Positions 59,620 through 64,000 of a DNA stretch of 64,000 nt are shown one piece after another; position 1 is the first letter of the stretch, and the number at the start of each line of letters is the position of its first letter. Under the pieces are notes generated by a model. It saw only the letters and a list, made by a program, of their open reading frames with translations, was not told the DNA's origin and did no database searches. The DNA is taken from contig OZ242214.1 of assembly GCA_965206595.1 (NCBI GenBank), positions 6,016,001-6,080,000 of the forward strand. Reading direction: 5' to 3'. The DNA is from Candidatus Latescibacterota bacterium. Its GTDB lineage: Bacteria; Latescibacterota; UBA2968; UBA8231. Both the position numbers and the translations under genes were made by a program.

Positions 59620-59785
59620 AGCAGGTGCTGGATGACCTTGTTGAGAATGCCAGTGACCGGACAGGTGTCCTCGGAAAGCTGAGCACCCACTGGCGCACCG
59701 GCACCCGGGGCAGCACATCGTCGACCCGGCGCGCCGCCGTATCGGCCATGCGCCGGCTGCAGCAGGGGGGGCAGGAGTGGCCAAT
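59620..59785 (-). mobile_element. IS91-family transposase remnant (Zn-binding region)
   Basis: CPPCCSRRMADTAARRVDDVLPRVPVRQWVLSFP. Confidence 0.75.
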
Positions 59786-59789
59786 GACA

Positions 59790-60560
59790 ACAGCTCCGCA
59801 ACTCTCCTCGCCATCTCCGCAAAGTACATCACTTCCTCCGGTGACAGCGCCCGCCCGAGCACATCGCGTTCCCGGTAGGACACCCATTTCTTGAGCACCT
59901 GGTAGCCGCCGAGCTTGTAGCCCCAGATCGCAGCGGGGACGTTGCGCCAGAAAGCGCGGTCGTTCAGATAGACGTCCAGAGTTCTTGCGCCGAGGGTGGT
60001 TATTGAATTACCGAGCGCGGCGCGTTCCTCCGGGGTGTACTCGCGTTCGACGATGCGGCCCTGTCCCGGCATCACCGCTTCGCCGGTTCCGTAGTGGCCC
60101 CACCCTGCTGTATTCGCGAAGTCGTCGCCGGTCATGTTGCGACCGTCGGTGGTGGAGGGCACAGCTATGGCGGCGACCTCCGGGCGCAATGCGCCTTGGG
60201 TAACGCTGGGAACCGGCGTGTCGGGATCGAGCAAGCGTGCCAGTTCGCGGCCCCGTGCCGCTGATGCAGCGAGTGCCTCTGGTGCGCCGTCAGCTTCGCC
60301 ATCGGGCCAGCCCGGCAGCGGGATGCGTGGCCATTCCATGCGGAGCGCCCCGGCGTTGGCTTTGCGGTAAGCGGGATCGTGGAGGGTGGCGAGGACGTGG
60401 TGGAAGAGGTCTTCTAAATCCGCGCCGATACGGTGGAGATAGCGTTGGGCGGCCCCGGACAAATTGGGGCGGCGTTGTATTTCGTTGCCGCTGATTCCGA
60501 GGCCCCCGTCACGGAGGTAGGCGGGGAACATGTTAGCATCGCGCTCAATCAGCGGAAGGA
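59790..60560 (-). pseudogene. C-terminal remnant of a type ISP RM enzyme
   Basis: LHDPAYR..N...L..EWPRIP ... NVPAAIWGYKLGGYQVLKKWVSYR. Confidence 0.8.
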
Positions 60561-60872
60561 GCGCCCGGGGGCTAGAGTCACCCAACAAGGGCCAGCAAGT
60601 GGGTCAGGGGTCATGGGCTCGGTGGAGCCGCATCGGCCTGACGGCGAGGTGGGCCTGATCGAAGGTCTGGACGTTCCTGACGCCTCGGCGGCGGCAGCTG
60701 GCGGGAAACGCTCCCCACGCTAGCGGCGCTGACGAGGACCGCATGGCCGTGGCTGGAGAGGGGGGTGGTATGTCAAATGCTAAGGCTACTTCAGGTCCTG
60801 TTCCCTACGGGGAATGGAAAAAACCCCCGGACTTACCACGATAGAAAAGCTTGGTGGGACAGCGAATTCGGG

Positions 60873-61385
60873 CTAAGGAAGCGGTAGAGAAACGTTGCGT
60901 TTCCTTAGGGACTGTGCCATCTCTTTGGAGACATTCTCTTTACTGATGAAATTTGAGGTCACGGATTGTCCGATTGCCTGGGCAACCTCCTTGTCATTGA
61001 AGCGTTTTATTCGTGCTTGGGTCTTGATGGCGCCAGCAAATCGGGCAATCTTGGCAATAGATAGTTCAACAAGATCTATATGCCACTGGTTGACGCCAGG
61101 GTCCGGCGTATCTCCTTCCTTGCTGGCTGCCCGTATGTCGCAATCCTCAAGGATGCTATCTGGAATTACGGCTAGATCCATGTGAGCCAAGTGATCTCGA
61201 GTTAGTGCCAATGCCGCGACTACTCTCTCCATTTGTCGAGCGGGACGATCCAGAATGTAGACTGACAGTTTATTGTTCGCGGGATACAGGCACTTCACGA
61301 CATCGGCTTGAGTGTCTCCCTGTTCAAGCCACTCCATGTCATCCCAATGTCGTTTCTGACTTAGCTTCCTGAGGACGACTGCCAC
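60873..61385 (-). CDS. 170-aa hypothetical protein, possible ART/RES-like toxin fold
   Basis: N-terminal LRK, central LSVY, late HIDL; overlaps the upstream gene by 25 nt. Fold call is tentative. Confidence 0.55.
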   Translation of the reverse strand: MAVVLRKLSQKRHWDDMEWLEQGDTQADVVKCLYPANNKLSVYILDRPARQMERVVAALALTRDHLAHMDLAVIPDSILEDCDIRAASKEGDTPDPGVNQWHIDLVELSIAKIARFAGAIKTQARIKRFNDKEVAQAIGQSVTSNFISKENVSKEMAQSLRKRNVSLPLP

Positions 61386-62299
61386 GGATACTCCAACTCC
61401 AGCGAGCCGACTAGGTCAGTGAGGTCCTCACGTAGTTCCGGCACACCCTCGCTCTCAATAGCCTGCCTAAGGAGTCCTATAGCAGCACTTCTTTCGAGGT
61501 AAGCCAAGCCCAAGGCGGCAGCATCTCGGACCAGTGGAGACCCATTACAAAGCCCGAGGGATAGCAAATTAACAACGGTTTCGCGTAAAGGCCTTGCTTC
61601 TCGGCGCGAGACCCACTCCAGCATTTCTGACATTACCTCTGGAGAGGCACCGCCTTTAATTAACCGTAGCCTCAGATAATCAAGTACGTCGACCGGGTCG
61701 GTCTGAAAAAGCTGCTGGAGGCCGGTTGAGAAGCGGCTCTCCACCCCAGCCTCGAATTGTTCATCATGGGCGGCCGAGAATAAGCGATCTAAATTGGATA
61801 CTATAAAATCAGGTGCTAAGACGCCGAGGAAGTCATGACTCCTTTGGTTGTCTGAGGCGCCAGCAGCGGGGGAATGCAACACGTCTTTCAGGTTGGCAAT
61901 TTCGACTATAGTCCATAAAGAATCATCTAGAAGCTCGGGAGGCAGTCGAACAGTCGCCGTTTGTGGTTGTAGGAGGTAATTGTGATAGTCGGCTGAACAA
62001 AAAAGGTGTTCCGTGGCAGCCTGCGACTGGACGACATGGCGTGTCGAATTGACTCCTGGCTGCCTGTCAAAGAGGGGCAAGTAAGTGCCCTTGCGCTCGG
62101 ATCCGAAGTAGTATTTTACCATGGCCTTCTGGGAGCGATCGGTACGCGGCGCGGAGGAAAACAGCCTTTCTATTCTAGTCCAACTATCAGGCGAATCATC
62201 GTGGTCAATCCCATACCTAGGCTGCGTCTCAGTGTTGGCAGGGCAGTCTAGAGACGCGGGACTAGTGAGATCCTCAAATGACAAGACACCGCTGTTCAT
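61361..62299 (-). CDS. Hypothetical protein with C-terminal HEAT-like helices
   Basis: LCNGSPLVRDAAALGLAYL...LRQAIESE..ELR; ATGA overlap with the upstream gene. Confidence 0.65.
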   Translation of the reverse strand: MNSGVLSFEDLTSPASLDCPANTETQPRYGIDHDDSPDSWTRIERLFSSAPRTDRSQKAMVKYYFGSERKGTYLPLFDRQPGVNSTRHVVQSQAATEHLFCSADYHNYLLQPQTATVRLPPELLDDSLWTIVEIANLKDVLHSPAAGASDNQRSHDFLGVLAPDFIVSNLDRLFSAAHDEQFEAGVESRFSTGLQQLFQTDPVDVLDYLRLRLIKGGASPEVMSEMLEWVSRREARPLRETVVNLLSLGLCNGSPLVRDAAALGLAYLERSAAIGLLRQAIESEGVPELREDLTDLVGSLELEYPWQSSSGS

Positions 62300-63030
62300 G
62301 CAACGTCCCCCTTGGCAGCAATTTCGTTTCCCAAGTCAACGAGCTCTTCAAAAATGCCTGCTAAGTCATCGATTCTTTGCGTGGGCTGCGGAGCAGTATT
62401 GACGTCTAATTCTAAGCGACAGACATTTCCGGTGACTGTAGACTCCACTCGTTCAGAGCCTTGCACCTCTACTCGTATTTCCAGAATACTCGCAATTGAC
62501 CATGTTGACAGGCGATTGAGTTCTACGCCCTCTATTGTGCGAGAATGGCGGCGTCGGTTAACTCGGTATAGAAGATCGTGCATATCCATGTCGATCTTGA
62601 GTGCGGGAAGCAACTCGGTGAGAATCTTGTTTCCCTCAGCTGGATCCTGAACGGGGAACAATAGCACGGCACCGAAGGCGAGCCTTTGAGTGGGCGGGCA
62701 CGAGCGCACGATCCATTGATGCATCAGTTCGCGAAAATCCTTCTGTAGGTCCTCATACCCTCCCGCAACCGGGAACTCATTGGCAGGGTTTGAGGGATCC
62801 TGACTCAACCTCCAGTCTATCCGATTAGGGTTTGCTTGAACGCTCAACCTTCCGGTCAAATGGGGGCCCTCTTCCTGCATTGAGCGCTCACGCGGCCTGT
62901 GATTTACTGCTTCTGGTGGTGTGCCCACCAATTGCTCCCAGAAGCTTGCTGTTTGCGCTAAGGGTTCGAGAGTGAACGCGGAGAGCCTAAGGCTTTCCGT
63001 TTGCCAGTCATTCAGACTCTGTATGGGCAT
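62296..63030 (-). CDS. TIGR04255-like protein
   Basis: NRIDW, QRLAFGAVL and CRLELDVNT motifs; GGAGG RBS before ATG 63030. Confidence 0.6.
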   Translation of the reverse strand: MPIQSLNDWQTESLRLSAFTLEPLAQTASFWEQLVGTPPEAVNHRPRERSMQEEGPHLTGRLSVQANPNRIDWRLSQDPSNPANEFPVAGGYEDLQKDFRELMHQWIVRSCPPTQRLAFGAVLLFPVQDPAEGNKILTELLPALKIDMDMHDLLYRVNRRRHSRTIEGVELNRLSTWSIASILEIRVEVQGSERVESTVTGNVCRLELDVNTAPQPTQRIDDLAGIFEELVDLGNEIAAKGDVA

Positions 63031-63561
63031 TAGTGGATTCCTCCATAAATGGGGCTGTATCGGTCCCAGTTCCTCAGGAGGGGTTTGAGAAGTAGTGCAC
63101 GAATGATCTCTATTGATGAAGCTCAAACCGGTGCTGCTACCCTATGAGGTGGAGAAATTGGAAGATAGGAGGGGGTGACTCTACTGCAAGTCTGGGGCCC
63201 AAGCCTCCTGGGCATTGAGGAGGGAGCACCCTTTCTTGGCGCCCGAAGGGAGGAATGTGGGGCAAATTTCCGGCAGGGTCCTCACCAGAGACCTTGGCCT
63301 GCGAATTCGACTTGGCTTGGGTTTACCGTCATCCTGGGCTCCAGCAGCCACTAGGCTTACGGCGGCGTGGAATGGGTCGAATGCCGGGAAGTGATTCAGG
63401 TGGTGGAGGTGTACCAGCGGGTCATGCTGGATGGCCGTTGCGCGAGGTGACCCGACCGATGTATGGGGCGCGTCTCTCATGCCATTGCCCACCCGTGCTC
63501 GATTCTCGACCGCAATGACCTGGCCTGAAGCGACATCTTCGAACCGCTTGTATCTTCCTGA

Positions 63562-64000
<439 letters not shown>

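Overview
A GC-rich bacterial defence and accessory island lying between a Gfo/Idh/MocA oxidoreductase (left edge) and gltX (right edge). C-terminal 'SWGxxK' tails and an 'ADFN..G.ID..DF' dockerin-like module suggest a Latescibacterota/Poribacteria-like host (inference). From left to right it holds: (1) a 5'-truncated 2.8-kaa cadherin/FN3/LRR/leishmanolysin-like surface protein; (2) two tandem copies of an SNF2-DUF3883 helicase / DUF1156 methyltransferase / DUF499 ATPase restriction-like system, with different methylase central regions and different cargo genes between the core genes; (3) between those copies, a ~9.4-kb lower-GC mosaic block with phage-like pieces (tRNA-Asn, HNH fragment, SWIB, RadC-IS1595) that truncates DUF499 on its left and a prokaryotic viperin on its right, and that carries an orphan one-spacer mini-array with type I-G-like repeats; (4) IS481, a HTH-GTPase/GmrSD/DUF2806 cluster and IS5; (5) three serial copies of the gltX upstream region plus 5' end, separated by cargo that includes a GH2-like gene, type ISP and IS91 remnants, and a TIGR04255-like three-gene cassette. 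Many genes are decayed. Several +1 homopolymer frameshifts and a 31-C run may be long-read errors. All family calls come from motif recognition by eye; no searches were run.
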